NCBI GenBank assembly: GCA_963820825.1
Contig: CAWGBN010000009.1
Coordinates: 224,001 to 288,000, forward strand
Source: Vulcanimicrobiota bacterium
GTDB lineage: Bacteria > Vulcanimicrobiota > Vulcanimicrobiia > Vulcanimicrobiales > Vulcanimicrobiaceae
Direction of reading: 5' to 3'
DNA: 64,000 nucleotides
Numbering within the stretch: the stretch's first letter is position 1; the number at the start of each line of letters is the position of its first letter. Shown here piece after piece: positions 10,030 through 19,309 of the stretch. The notes beneath the pieces are model-generated. The model was given only the letters and a program-made list of their open reading frames with translations. It did no database searches and was not told where the DNA came from. Made by a program: the position numbers and the translations under genes.

Positions 10030-11147
10030 GCAAGTTTTCCTTTGGGTGCGATCCAGTTCGGATCCTTAAAGTACTCTTTGAGTTTCGTTTCGTCGGCCTG
10101 CGTCGGGAGAACGGTCGGCGCGTAGGCCTCCCATTCGGCATCCGTCAGAACTCGGCCGTCAACGCCATAGTGCTCTCCGGCGTAGTCGCCGATCTTCCGG
10201 TTGAAGCGCATGTCCGGAATATAGAGCTTCGTTTCGCTCGCGTTTACTTCGTTGACGCGGGCAACCGTCGAGAGCGCTTCCTCGTAAAACTGCGTACGCG
10301 CGCGCTCGTTGAGATGCTCCTTGTCCGGCTGCTCGCCGGCTTGATCCTCGTCGACGCGCCCCTTGATGCCCCAGGTATAGGCCCACTGTGCCGAACCCGA
10401 GTGATCGGTTCCGAAGAGATCGAGCGATCCCGAGAACCATTTGTTGTAATATTTCTGCTGGATCTCAACCGGGATGACGCCGGCTTTGGCGATGCGGCGC
10501 AAGCCGGTGATGCCCGTTCCCATGTGAAAGGACTCTTCGCGAAGCATCGGCCCCATCGACGCGGCGAGCGGAGCGAAGCTCGAATGCGAGAGCATCGTGA
10601 GCTGAAACTTACCGTCGCGGTCCATGAAGTTGGTGTAGGCGAAAAAGTCGAGCCAATGCGTGACGTCGTCGTTGAAGGCGTTGAGCAGCCGGTTCTTCTT
10701 TCCGAAGGCACGGCGCTCGAGCATCTTCTGCGCCTCGATCTTCCCTTCGCTGCCGAAGTGATTCACCATCAGGTGGCACATCTGATATCCATGACGAGTC
10801 TCTTCGACCATAATCCGCACGAGCGCGGCGAGATCGTACTCGCTCGGCGCGTTGTTGACCAGGAATCGCTGCTGCTCGTTTGAGGCGAACTCGGTGTCGC
10901 CCTGATAGACGACCATGTTGAGCACCGCGTCGCGCATGCGCTGGTCGGGAATCTCCCGCACGCGATCCCAGCGGCGGTCGCCTTTGAAGTCGCCGAAGTA
11001 GATCTCGCTGGTCGGCAGCTCGCCGTACTTCGCCTCGAACTCATACCCCGGCATGAAGCGGTCGACCAGCTCGCGGTCGAGGCCGATGTCGTGCCTCCAC
11101 TCGTCGAGCATCGTAATCCAGTCGTCAAAGGTCGAGATGCGGCTCAT
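10026..11147 (-). CDS. BoxB/PaaA-like aryl-CoA epoxidase catalytic (diiron) subunit, 373 aa
   Basis: VYQGDTEFASNEQQ, EETRH, FMDRDGKFQL, EESFH, LDLFG. Start placed at 11147 (RBS GGAAGG) because the ATG at 11201 overlaps the -10 box. Confidence 0.85.
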   Translation of the reverse strand: MSRISTFDDWITMLDEWRHDIGLDRELVDRFMPGYEFEAKYGELPTSEIYFGDFKGDRRWDRVREIPDQRMRDAVLNMVVYQGDTEFASNEQQRFLVNNAPSEYDLAALVRIMVEETRHGYQMCHLMVNHFGSEGKIEAQKMLERRAFGKKNRLLNAFNDDVTHWLDFFAYTNFMDRDGKFQLTMLSHSSFAPLAASMGPMLREESFHMGTGITGLRRIAKAGVIPVEIQQKYYNKWFSGSLDLFGTDHSGSAQWAYTWGIKGRVDEDQAGEQPDKEHLNERARTQFYEEALSTVARVNEVNASETKLYIPDMRFNRKIGDYAGEHYGVDGRVLTDAEWEAYAPTVLPTQADETKLKEYFKDPNWIAPKGKLA

Positions 11148-11199
11148 TACCTGCCTTCCAGCGTATAACGGATTTTCGTCGATCGTCGGGAATACCGTC

Positions 11200-11228
11200 A
11201 TACTAAATGCCCGCTGAGCGTGTGTCAA
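11200..11228 (-). promoter_or_regulatory. Sigma70-type promoter of the boxB-like operon
   Basis: Minus strand TTGACA-N17-TAGTAT. Confidence 0.75.
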
Positions 11229-11278
11229 GTCAGAATTCCTTAACGACTGCGTATAGCGCAGTCCAGAGCGAGACGCCG

Positions 11279-12121
11279 GTGCGCCGAGTTAAAGGGGCGA
11301 GCGAACGGCAGGTCGCGCGCCCAAATTCCTTTATCTTCACGCTCTACGGCGACATGGTCCATCGCCGCTCGGGCGACACGTCGCTCTGGATCGGGGCCCT
11401 GATCCGCCTGATGGCCTCGTTCGGCGTCTCGCCTGCGGCCGTTCGCCAGGCCGTTTCGCGAATGGCGCGCCAGGGTTGGCTGGTCGCTCGCCGGGAGAAA
11501 AACCGGGCATTCTATAGCGTCACCGAGCGCGGGCGGCGACGGATCGAAGAGTTGAGCCCGCGGATCTACGGGCCGGTCATCGAGTGGGACGGCCGCTGGC
11601 GCTTGCTGACCTATGCGATCGGGGAGGCCCACCGCAAGCGACGCGAGCGCCTGCGCAAAGAGTTGAGCGCGCTGGGATGGGCGCAGCTCTCGCCGACTGC
11701 CTGGATCTCGCCCTCCGATACGCTGGCCGCCGCTCGGGCGGCCGCGGACGCGACCAAGACGCTCGACGCGGTCAACCTCTTCACCAGCGAGTACCGCGGC
11801 CCGCGCAGCGATCGGGAGCTGCTCGAGCGATGCTGGAACGTAGAAGAGATCGCGGCCGCCTATCGGGCCTTCATCGCCCGCTACCAGCCGCGGCTTCGTC
11901 GCGAGCGGGAGCGCAGCGGTTTAAGCGACGAGGCGGCGCTCGTCGAGCGGCTCTGGCTCGTTCACGATTATCGGAAGTTCGTTTACGTCGACCCGGGACT
12001 TCCCAGCGAGCTCTTGCCGGCGCACTGGCCCGGGACCGCCGCCGCCGCGCTCTTTCGCGAATACTACGCGGCGCTCGACGCGAAATCACAACGATACTTT
12101 CATCAATGTACGACGGCGTGA
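11279..12121 (+). CDS. paaX: PaaX-family transcriptional repressor
   Basis: FIFTLYGD, AVRQAVSRM, WDGRW, DPGLPSELLPAHWPG. Start uncertain (11207 or 11279). Confidence 0.9.
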   Translation: MRRVKGASERQVARPNSFIFTLYGDMVHRRSGDTSLWIGALIRLMASFGVSPAAVRQAVSRMARQGWLVARREKNRAFYSVTERGRRRIEELSPRIYGPVIEWDGRWRLLTYAIGEAHRKRRERLRKELSALGWAQLSPTAWISPSDTLAAARAAADATKTLDAVNLFTSEYRGPRSDRELLERCWNVEEIAAAYRAFIARYQPRLRRERERSGLSDEAALVERLWLVHDYRKFVYVDPGLPSELLPAHWPGTAAAALFREYYAALDAKSQRYFHQCTTA

Positions 12122-12159
12122 AACGGGGGCGCGCGCCGGCGCGTCGAAGCGACCCGCCC

Positions 12160-12548
12160 ATGCCCAAAAGCCTGCTCCTCGCGCTCGCCGTCGCCGCGCT
12201 CGCCATCGCGGCATGCAGCAACAACTCCGCCTCGCCGAGCCCGAGCGTCTCGCCCGGATCGCCGATGCCGGACCCCTCGATCACCACGGCCAAACTCTTC
12301 GTCTCCGTCAACGGCACCCGGCAGCAAAAATTCCCGTGGAGATATCGACGCCCAAGAACACGGCGAGCCCGCGTCCGGGCACACCCTTCGAGACCAAGGA
12401 TACCGGCAAGAAGGGACTGGTGAAATTCAAAGATCTCAAACCGAGCAAGATCTACTGCTGGGTCGCGATCATCGCGCCGAGCTTCAAATCGTCCGAGTGC
12501 GCCGGATGGCAAATCTGGCAGGGCAGTACGATTAATCTAGGGACTTAG
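12160..12548 (+). CDS. Putative lipoprotein, frameshift near 12318
   Basis: MPKSLLLALAVAALAIAAC lipobox; continues in the frame of ORF 12213..12548. Confidence 0.6.
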
Positions 12549-12871
12549 CTGTCATCGTCGTGTAAGTGAAGGTGGCAGCCATCTTCCGCTTCCGATAGCA
12601 CGTCGCGCGCTTCGGAGAGGACCGCCGTCGATAACGGACGGCTCGGCGGCTCGACCGAACCCGACTCGGCCAAGAAGTCGACTTCGCTCCAATCCTCCCA
12701 CGTCTCCAGCGGCTCGGCGTCTTTGCTCGCGGGGAAGCGCACGCAGAACCCCTGGTCGAGGTGAAGCCCGACGACGGTCACTTCGGTGCCGCGCGGGAAG
12801 TACGTTCCGTCTTTCCAGAGCGTCCCGTACGTCGTGCTGTACTCTCCGCCGATTTTGAGCGGTTCGTCCAT
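12545..12871 (-). CDS. Hypothetical acidic protein
   Basis: 108-aa ORF directly downstream of the aldehyde dehydrogenase, same strand. Confidence 0.6.
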   Translation of the reverse strand: MDEPLKIGGEYSTTYGTLWKDGTYFPRGTEVTVVGLHLDQGFCVRFPASKDAEPLETWEDWSEVDFLAESGSVEPPSRPLSTAVLSEARDVLSEAEDGCHLHLHDDDS

Positions 12872-12881
12872 AATCTCTCGT

Positions 12882-14378
12882 CTATACCCCGAATGGGTTC
12901 ATCGGTTTCTCGCCGATGTAGGTAAGCACGCTCTTGGTCTCGGTGTAGAGTCGCATCGTCTCCATGCCAAGCTCGCGGCCGTACCCGGATTGCTTGTAAC
13001 CGCCGAACGGTACGCCCGGAAAGACGGCGTACGGCGTGTTGATCGCGACGGATCCGCTGCGGATCGCGCGCGCGACGCGATTCGCGCGTCCGAGGTTCGT
13101 CGACCAGACGCTCGCCGCCAAACCGTACTCGCTTGCGTTCGCGAGTGCGATCGCCTCGGCTTCGTCGGCGAAGCGAACGAAGGTCGCTACCGGACCGAAG
13201 ATCTCTTCGCGAGCGATGCGGTGCGTGTTCTGCGCCTCAAATGCGGTCGGACTCCAGAACGTTCCGGCAGAAAACGCATCGCCGAGCTCCGGCGGTGCAC
13301 CGCCCAAAAGCACCTTCGCCCCTTCGGCGACGCCGATCTCGCAGTACGTCGCTAATCTTTTGGTGCTGGTCGCGCAGCGTGATCGCACCGATCTGCGTCG
13401 CCGGATCTTCGGGATCGCCGAGCCGCAACTGTTTTGCCTTCTCGGTGAAGAGCGCGACGAAGCGATCGTAGATTCCGCTCTGAACGAGAATCCGCGAACG
13501 CGCTTCGCAGCACTGGCCGGCATTGTAGTAGACGCCGTAGAGCGCGCCCGCGACGGCCGCGTCGATATCGGCATCGTCGAAGACGACGGCTGGCGATTTT
13601 CCGCCGAGCTCGAGCGTGACGCGTTTGAGGGTCTTCGCGGCCGCCGCTGCGACGTTCTTTCCCGTCTCGGTCGAACCGGTGAATGCAATCTTGTCGATGC
13701 CGGGATGCTCGACCATCCACGCGCCGATCGGCCGCGTCCCGACCGGTGAGCACGTTGAGCACGCCTTCGGGGACGCCGGCTTCGAGTGCGAGCCTCCCCA
13801 ACTCGATTGCCGTGAGCGGTGTTACCGACGACGGCTTCAAGACGATCGTGCAGCCGGCAGCGAGTGCGGGCGCGACCTTCCACGACGCGAGCAGCAGCGG
13901 AAAGTTCCACGGAACGATCGCGCCGACCACGCCGACCGGCTCGCGCACGGTGTCGGCAAGATATGGTTGGAATCGGTGGCGGAAGCGTCTCGCCGTAGTT
14001 CTTTGTCGCCGCGCCCGCATAGAATTCGAAGCAATCCACGATCGCGCCGACTTCGCCTTTTGCCGTCGCGATGGTCTTGCCGTTGTCGCGCACCTCGAGC
14101 AAGGCGATTTCGGCCGCGCGCTCGCCGATCAGTTGTGCGAGCTTGTAGACGATCTTCGCGCGCCGCGAGGCGGCCATCGTCGGCCAGCGCCCGGCATCGA
14201 AAGCCTGGCGCGCGGCGGCGATCGCCGCATCCACGTCCTCGCGCGTCGCGTCGGCGACGTCGGCAATCTTCGCGCCGGTCGCCGGATTGAAATTTTCGTA
14301 AATGCCGCCGTCGGCCGCATCGCGCCACTGCGAACCGATCAGCAGTTGCGTTTTGGTCATCGTTGAGGTCGTGGTCAT
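12882..14378 (-). CDS. Aldehyde dehydrogenase (possible BoxD/PaaZ-like role), 3 frameshifts
   Basis: Motifs are split over three ORFs: [48 protein letters not shown]. Indels near 13965, 13740 and 13352. Confidence 0.88.
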   Translation of the reverse strand: MTTTSTMTKTQLLIGSQWRDAADGGIYENFNPATGAKIADVADATREDVDAAIAAARQAFDAGRWPTMAASRRAKIVYKLAQLIGERAAEIALLEVRDNGKTIATAKGEVGAIVDCFEFYAGAATKNYGETLPPPIPTISCRHRARAGRRGRRDRSVELSAAARVVEGRARTRCRLHDRLEAVVGNTAHGNRVGEARTRSRRPRRRAQRAHRSGRGRSARGWSSIPASTRLHSPVRPRRERTSQRRPRRPSNASRSSSAENRQPSSSTMPISTRPSRARSTASTTMPASAAKRVRGFSFRAESTIASSRSSPRRQNSCGSAIPKIRRRRSVRSRCATSTKRLATYCEIGVAEGAKVLLGGAPPELGDAFSAGTFWSPTAFEAQNTHRIAREEIFGPVATFVRFADEAEAIALANASEYGLAASVWSTNLGRANRVARAIRSGSVAINTPYAVFPGVPFGGYKQSGYGRELGMETMRLYTETKSVLTYIGEKPMNPFGV

Positions 14379-15589
14379 GTCGCTGCCTTCAACTCCACGC
14401 GCTCGAATACCGTTGCGATCCCCTGGCCGACCCCGATGCACATCGTCGCCAAACCGTACCGTCCCCCGCGCCGGCGCAGTTCGTGCAACAGGGTAGTCGC
14501 GATGCGCGCGCCGCTCGCGCCCAAGGGATGGCCGAGCGCGATCGCACCGCCGTTCGGGTTGGTGCGCTCGCGATCGAAAGCGAGATCGCGTATGCAGGCA
14601 ATGGCCTGCGCCGCGAAGGCTTCGTTGATTTCGATCACGTCGAGGTCGCCTGCCGCAAGACCGATGCGATCGAGCGCTTTACGTGTCGCGGGAATCGGCC
14701 CCAAGCCCATGACGTCCGGTGAAACGCCGGCCGCAGCGCATCCGGCAAACCGCGCCATCGGTGCGAGTCCCAACCGGAGCGCCGTACCGGCTTCGCAGAG
14801 CAAGAGCGCCGACGCGCCGTCGTTGATTCCCGAGGAGTTCCCCGCGGTCACCGTACCGCCGCTCTTAAAGGCCGGAGCGAGCTTGGCGAGCCGATCGAGC
14901 GTCGTCTCCGGACGAGGATGCTCGTCGCACGTCACGAGATCCTCGGCGCCTTTGGCATCGGGTATCGAAACCGCGACGATCTCGTCGTCGAACGCGCCGC
15001 GTTCGATCGCCGCTTTGCATTTCATCTGCGACTCGAAGGCGAAACGGTCTTGCTCCTCGCGCGCGATGCCGTATCGTTCGGCCACCTTCTCAGCCGTCTC
15101 GCCCAATGCGATCGTCCACTCCGCGGGCATTGCGGGATTGACCATCCGCCAGCCGAGCACCGTATCGAAGAGCTGCTGCTTTCGCCCGAACGGCGCATCG
15201 CTCTTCGGCAGAACGTACGGCGCGCGCGTCATCGACTCCACGCCGCCGGCGATCATAACGTCGCCCTCGCCGCAGGCAATCGCCTGCGCCGCGGAGTTGA
15301 TCGCCTGCAGGCTCGAACCGCAGAGACGATTGACCGTCGCTGCGGGAACCTCGACCGGAAATCCCGCGAGCAGCACCGCCATACGGGCGACGTTGCGATT
15401 ATCTTCGCCGCTTTGATTCGCCGCGCCGAGATAGACGTCGTCGATCGCCGACGGCGAGATACCGTTGCGCTCGACGATCGCACGAAGCACGAGCGCGGCG
15501 AGATCGTCGGGTCGAACGCCGGCGAGCGCTCCGCCGTATCGTCCGATCGGCGTGCGAACCGCATCGATCACCCAAACCTCGCGACTCAT
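14375..15589 (-). CDS. 3-oxoadipyl-CoA thiolase-like acetyl-CoA acyltransferase (PaaJ/PcaF)
   Basis: [46 protein letters not shown]. Confidence 0.92.
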   Translation of the reverse strand: MSREVWVIDAVRTPIGRYGGALAGVRPDDLAALVLRAIVERNGISPSAIDDVYLGAANQSGEDNRNVARMAVLLAGFPVEVPAATVNRLCGSSLQAINSAAQAIACGEGDVMIAGGVESMTRAPYVLPKSDAPFGRKQQLFDTVLGWRMVNPAMPAEWTIALGETAEKVAERYGIAREEQDRFAFESQMKCKAAIERGAFDDEIVAVSIPDAKGAEDLVTCDEHPRPETTLDRLAKLAPAFKSGGTVTAGNSSGINDGASALLLCEAGTALRLGLAPMARFAGCAAAGVSPDVMGLGPIPATRKALDRIGLAAGDLDVIEINEAFAAQAIACIRDLAFDRERTNPNGGAIALGHPLGASGARIATTLLHELRRRGGRYGLATMCIGVGQGIATVFERVELKAAT

Positions 15590-17183
15590 TGCGGCGCCTC
15601 TTCGGCCGGCGTCTCTTCAGCCGGCGGCTGTTCGGCGACGTCGAGCGTCCAAAGGGCGCGATGCGGGGCAAACGCTTCGCCTTCGGCGGCAGCCAGACGC
15701 TCAGAATTCGGCTCACGCGCGCTCCGCCGATCTCGCGCCCCCATTCGACCGGCCCGATGGGATAGTTTGCGCCGAGCCGCATCGCCGTGTCCACGTCCTC
15801 CGGCGAAGCGACGTCTTCGCTCACGGCAACGACCGCCTCGTTTACGATCGAGCCGATCGTCCGTCCGAGAAAGAGCCCCGGAGAACTCTCAACCAAGATC
15901 GCGCCCTTGCCGAGCTCGGCAAAGAGCTCTTGCGCGAGTTCGAGCGCGTCGTCGGAGACCTCTTCGGCATCGACGATCTCGACGACGCTCTGCGCTTCGA
16001 GGCTGCCGAGGATGCCGTATCCGACGAGCCGCTCGGGATGGCGCATTCGCCGCGCACAAGCGGCGAGATCGGTTCCGTACGCATCGACGAAGAAGACGCA
16101 CTCCGTGCCGAGCAGCGAATCGAGAGCGGCCACGACGTCGCCACGATCGGTCGCTGCGTCTCCCGCATCGATTACGATCGTCGAATCGGCCGAGAGCTCG
16201 TCGAGAAAGTCGTCGTTTTCAATGCGCCGTACGTGAGCGTACCGGCGCTCGAGCCGTTCGGCGAACTCGTCGGCGCGCGCGCCAAAACCCACCACCGCAA
16301 CGAACTCCTCGGCGTTGCGTTCGCCCTGCGGCTCCTCGACGACGGGGTCGAAACGCTCGGCTTTACCATCGCGGTAGACGTAGAACCCGCGACCGCTCTT
16401 GCGCCCGAGGAGTCCTTGGGCGACCATTGAGCGCTGCAAATCGACCGGGGCGAAGCGTTCGGCTTGCGTGCGCTCGTAGATCGACTCGCTCGTCGCGAGA
16501 TTGACGTCGAGACCGATCAAATCCATCAGCTCGAAGGGGCCCATGCGGAAGCCGGCGCCCCGCGCGAGCGCGTCGAGCTCCTCGATCGAAGCGACGCCGC
16601 GCTCGAGCGCGTGCAATGCCTGGAGGTAATAGGGACGGGCGACGCGGTTGACGATGAATCCCGGCGTATCGGCGGCAAGCACGGCGGTCTTGCCCATCTG
16701 CTCGGCGGCCGCAAACGCTCGCTCGAGCGTCGCATCGCTCGTCTGCGGCGCGGCGACGACTTCGAGCAGCGCCATACGCGCCGGCGGGTTAAAGAAATGA
16801 AGGCCGACGACGCGCTCCGGATTCGGCACGGTGCCGGCGAGTTCGCCAACGGCCAGCGACGAGGTGTTCGTCGCAATCATCGCTTGCGGCGAGAGCGCGC
16901 GCCCGAGCGCGGCCAAGACCTCGCGCTTGAGATCGAAGCGTTCGGGTACGGCTTCTATCGCAATCACCGCGTCGCTCGAGCTCGGAATCGCATCGAGCCA
17001 AGCGATGCGCGCGCCGATTGCGGAATCGCCGCAGCGTTGCGCCTCGCGCTCGATCAGCGCGTTGCTGCGTTCGCGGGCGGCAGGCTGCGGTTCGACGATC
17101 TCAACGGCGTAGCCGCCGCGGGCAGCGACGAAGGCGATGCCCGCTCCCATGGTTCCGCCACCAACGACGAGGAAACGTTCCAT
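15586..17183 (-). CDS. 3-hydroxyacyl-CoA dehydrogenase (PaaH-like), frameshift near 15700
   Basis: [35 protein letters not shown]. The corrected C-terminus ends at the TGA overlapping the thiolase ATG. Confidence 0.88.
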
Positions 17184-17239
17184 CGGCTCGGGTTTCGGCG
17201 AGAGGAGGTTCAAACGCCTCGCCGGAGGATTGGCTCGCT

Positions 17240-17788
17240 ATGGAAAAGCCCCAATGGCGCCTGCGCGCGTCGCGCTACGTCGTCGATTCGCCCTATATGC
17301 GCCTGCGAATGGACGAAGTCGAGCTTCCCAATGGAACGGTCGTGCCCAACTACTACGTTCGCGAGTCGCGCGGATACTCAGTCGTCGTCGCCTTGACCGC
17401 GGACGAGCACGTCGTCCTCGTCCGCCAGTATCGCTACGGGTCCGACGCGATCCACCTCGAGCTGCCGGCGGGGCTGCTGAACGAGGACGAAGACCCACGC
17501 GAGTGCGCGTTGCGCGAACTAGCCGAAGAGACGGGTTACGAGGTCGACCGCTGCGAGCTGGTGGGAGCGTTTCTCCACGAACCGGTCCGCTCGAACGCGC
17601 GCGCCTACGTTTATATTGCCGCGGGCGCCCGCAGCGTCCGCGCCCAGAACCTCGACCCGACCGAGCATCTCACTGTCGAGCTCGCGCCGCTTGGCCTCTT
17701 TCGGACGATGCTGGGGGACGGACGGATCGACGCGGGCGGCTCGATCGCGGCCGGCTACCTCGCGCTCGACAAGCTGCACGCGCTTTGA
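17240..17788 (+). CDS. NUDIX hydrolase (ADP-ribose pyrophosphatase-like)
   Basis: LVRQYRY, ELPAG, Nudix box ECALRELAEETG. Confidence 0.9.
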   Translation: MEKPQWRLRASRYVVDSPYMRLRMDEVELPNGTVVPNYYVRESRGYSVVVALTADEHVVLVRQYRYGSDAIHLELPAGLLNEDEDPRECALRELAEETGYEVDRCELVGAFLHEPVRSNARAYVYIAAGARSVRAQNLDPTEHLTVELAPLGLFRTMLGDGRIDAGGSIAAGYLALDKLHAL

Positions 17789-17825
17789 AACTTCCCGCTT
17801 GGGGCTCCGGTAACGGAGAGGTACC

Positions 17826-18038
17826 ATGAAAAACGTGACGAGGCCAAGGCTCAATCCGCTGCTCGCGCTCTTCTTGAAGGTGACGGCAGCGGTCACGATC
17901 GCGATCGTCCTGCTGCTCCTGCTCTGGCATCTCGTGAAGATTATCTTGATCGCCGCGGTGATCGCCGCAATCGCGGTCGGCGGGCTTCTCCTCTACAACC
18001 TCGTGCGCCGGCGCTCGAACACGCCCGCTATTCGATAA
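17826..18038 (+). CDS. Small membrane protein
   Basis: GGAGAGG RBS; two hydrophobic segments. Confidence 0.7.
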   Translation: MKNVTRPRLNPLLALFLKVTAAVTIAIVLLLLLWHLVKIILIAAVIAAIAVGGLLLYNLVRRRSNTPAIR

Positions 18039-18825
18039 GCCACTCCTCGAGCGCCGCGGTAACGCGCTCCGGTTCCTCGAGCATCGGCAGGTGTCCACTC
18101 TCCTCGCAAACGACCAGACGCGCGCGCGGAAACGTCGCGACGATCGAACGCGCTTCGGCTCGATCGACGACGCGGTCTGCGCCCCCGGCTACGAATAGAA
18201 CCGGAACCGTCAAATCTTCGGCGATATCCTCGGCCGGCGAACGCAGGGCCATGCCGCGCAGCGCTCCGGCAACGCCCGCAGGCGAGTTCGCTCGCGCGAT
18301 CGCGTAGGCGCGTTCGACGACGCCGACGCGCCGCGCGATCGTGCGCGGTGCGAGCAGACGCGGCAGATACGACTCGATGACCGGTTCGACGCTGCCGTCA
18401 CCCTCGACGCGATCGGCGAGGTTTCGGCGAGCCGCCGCCTCGTCAGGGGTATCCGCACGCAGCCGGCTTGCGACTAAGGCCAGCCGCGTTACGCGCTCCG
18501 TGAACATGCGCGCAAAGGCCAGCGCAACGTATCCACCCATCGAGTGACCGACGAGCGCAGCACGCTCGATCGCGAGTGCGTCGAGCAGCACCGCAACGTC
18601 GGCCGCGAGCCGTTCCATCAAGTACGGACCTTGCGGCGCGGCAGATTCTCCGGCACCGCGCAAGTCGGGACGAAGCACCTGCGCGGTCGGCGCGAGTGCG
18701 TCCGCTTGCGCTTCCCAAATCGCGCGCGTGAACGGAAAACCGTGGATCAGAACGACTGCGTTTGCGTCTGCGCGACCCGCGACGCACACGTCGATGCACG
18801 CGCCGTCATCGGCGAAAACTTGCAT
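18028..18825 (-). CDS. Alpha/beta hydrolase (enol-lactonase-like)
   Basis: LIHGFP, PDLRGAG, GHSMGG, GHLPMLE. Confidence 0.9.
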   Translation of the reverse strand: MQVFADDGACIDVCVAGRADANAVVLIHGFPFTRAIWEAQADALAPTAQVLRPDLRGAGESAAPQGPYLMERLAADVAVLLDALAIERAALVGHSMGGYVALAFARMFTERVTRLALVASRLRADTPDEAAARRNLADRVEGDGSVEPVIESYLPRLLAPRTIARRVGVVERAYAIARANSPAGVAGALRGMALRSPAEDIAEDLTVPVLFVAGGADRVVDRAEARSIVATFPRARLVVCEESGHLPMLEEPERVTAALEEWLIE

Positions 18826-18848
18826 TGAAGGGCGTAATACTGTATAAG
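18820..18848 (+). promoter_or_regulatory. Putative sigma70 promoter of the basic repeat protein
   Basis: TTGCAT-N17-TATAAG. Confidence 0.55.
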
Positions 18849-18903
18849 GTAGGCAACACCCCTGGTCGGTTGCCGACCAGAGAAAGGATGACTCGTACCA
18901 ACG

Positions 18904-19230
18904 ATGGCAGTTCGAAAGAAAGCCGCGCGCAAAGCGGCCGTCAAGAAGGCGGTCGCAATCGCGTTGGTTCGCAAGGCGATTCGCAAGCGCGTTCGCCGAA
19001 AGGTGGCCCGCAAGGCGGTCCGTCGTGCAGTAGCTCGAAAGATCGTTCGTAAGAAGGTACGCCGTAAGGTAGCTCGCAAGGCGATCCGCCGCAAAGTAGC
19101 CCGAAAGGCAGTACGCCGGAAAGTGGCCCGAAAGAAAGTCCGACGTAAGGTAGCGCGGAAAGCCGTTCGCAGGAAGGCCGTCCGAAAGGCGGTTCGCAAG
19201 CGAGTTCGACGAAAGAAGGCCTCGAGCTAA
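18904..19230 (+). CDS. Histone H1/protamine-like highly basic repeat protein
   Basis: 108 aa, 57 Arg/Lys, no acidic residues, five exact RRKVARK repeats; own promoter and terminator. Confidence 0.8.
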   Translation: MAVRKKAARKAAVKKAVAIALVRKAIRKRVRRKVARKAVRRAVARKIVRKKVRRKVARKAIRRKVARKAVRRKVARKKVRRKVARKAVRRKAVRKAVRKRVRRKKASS

Positions 19231-19276
19231 TTCCCAATCCATGACTCCGCTCGGTGTAGTACCGGCGGAGTTATTT

Positions 19277-19309
19277 AAGCGAGTCGCGTCGTTCGCGACT
19301 CGCTTTTTT
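19277..19309 (+). terminator. Intrinsic terminator
   Basis: AAGCGAGTCGCG-TCGTT-CGCGACTCGCTT followed by a T run. Confidence 0.85.

Noticed and set aside
18990..19200. Repeats as a CRISPR array or DNA tandem repeat
   Set aside because: Repeats are conserved only at protein level; no spacers or cas genes.
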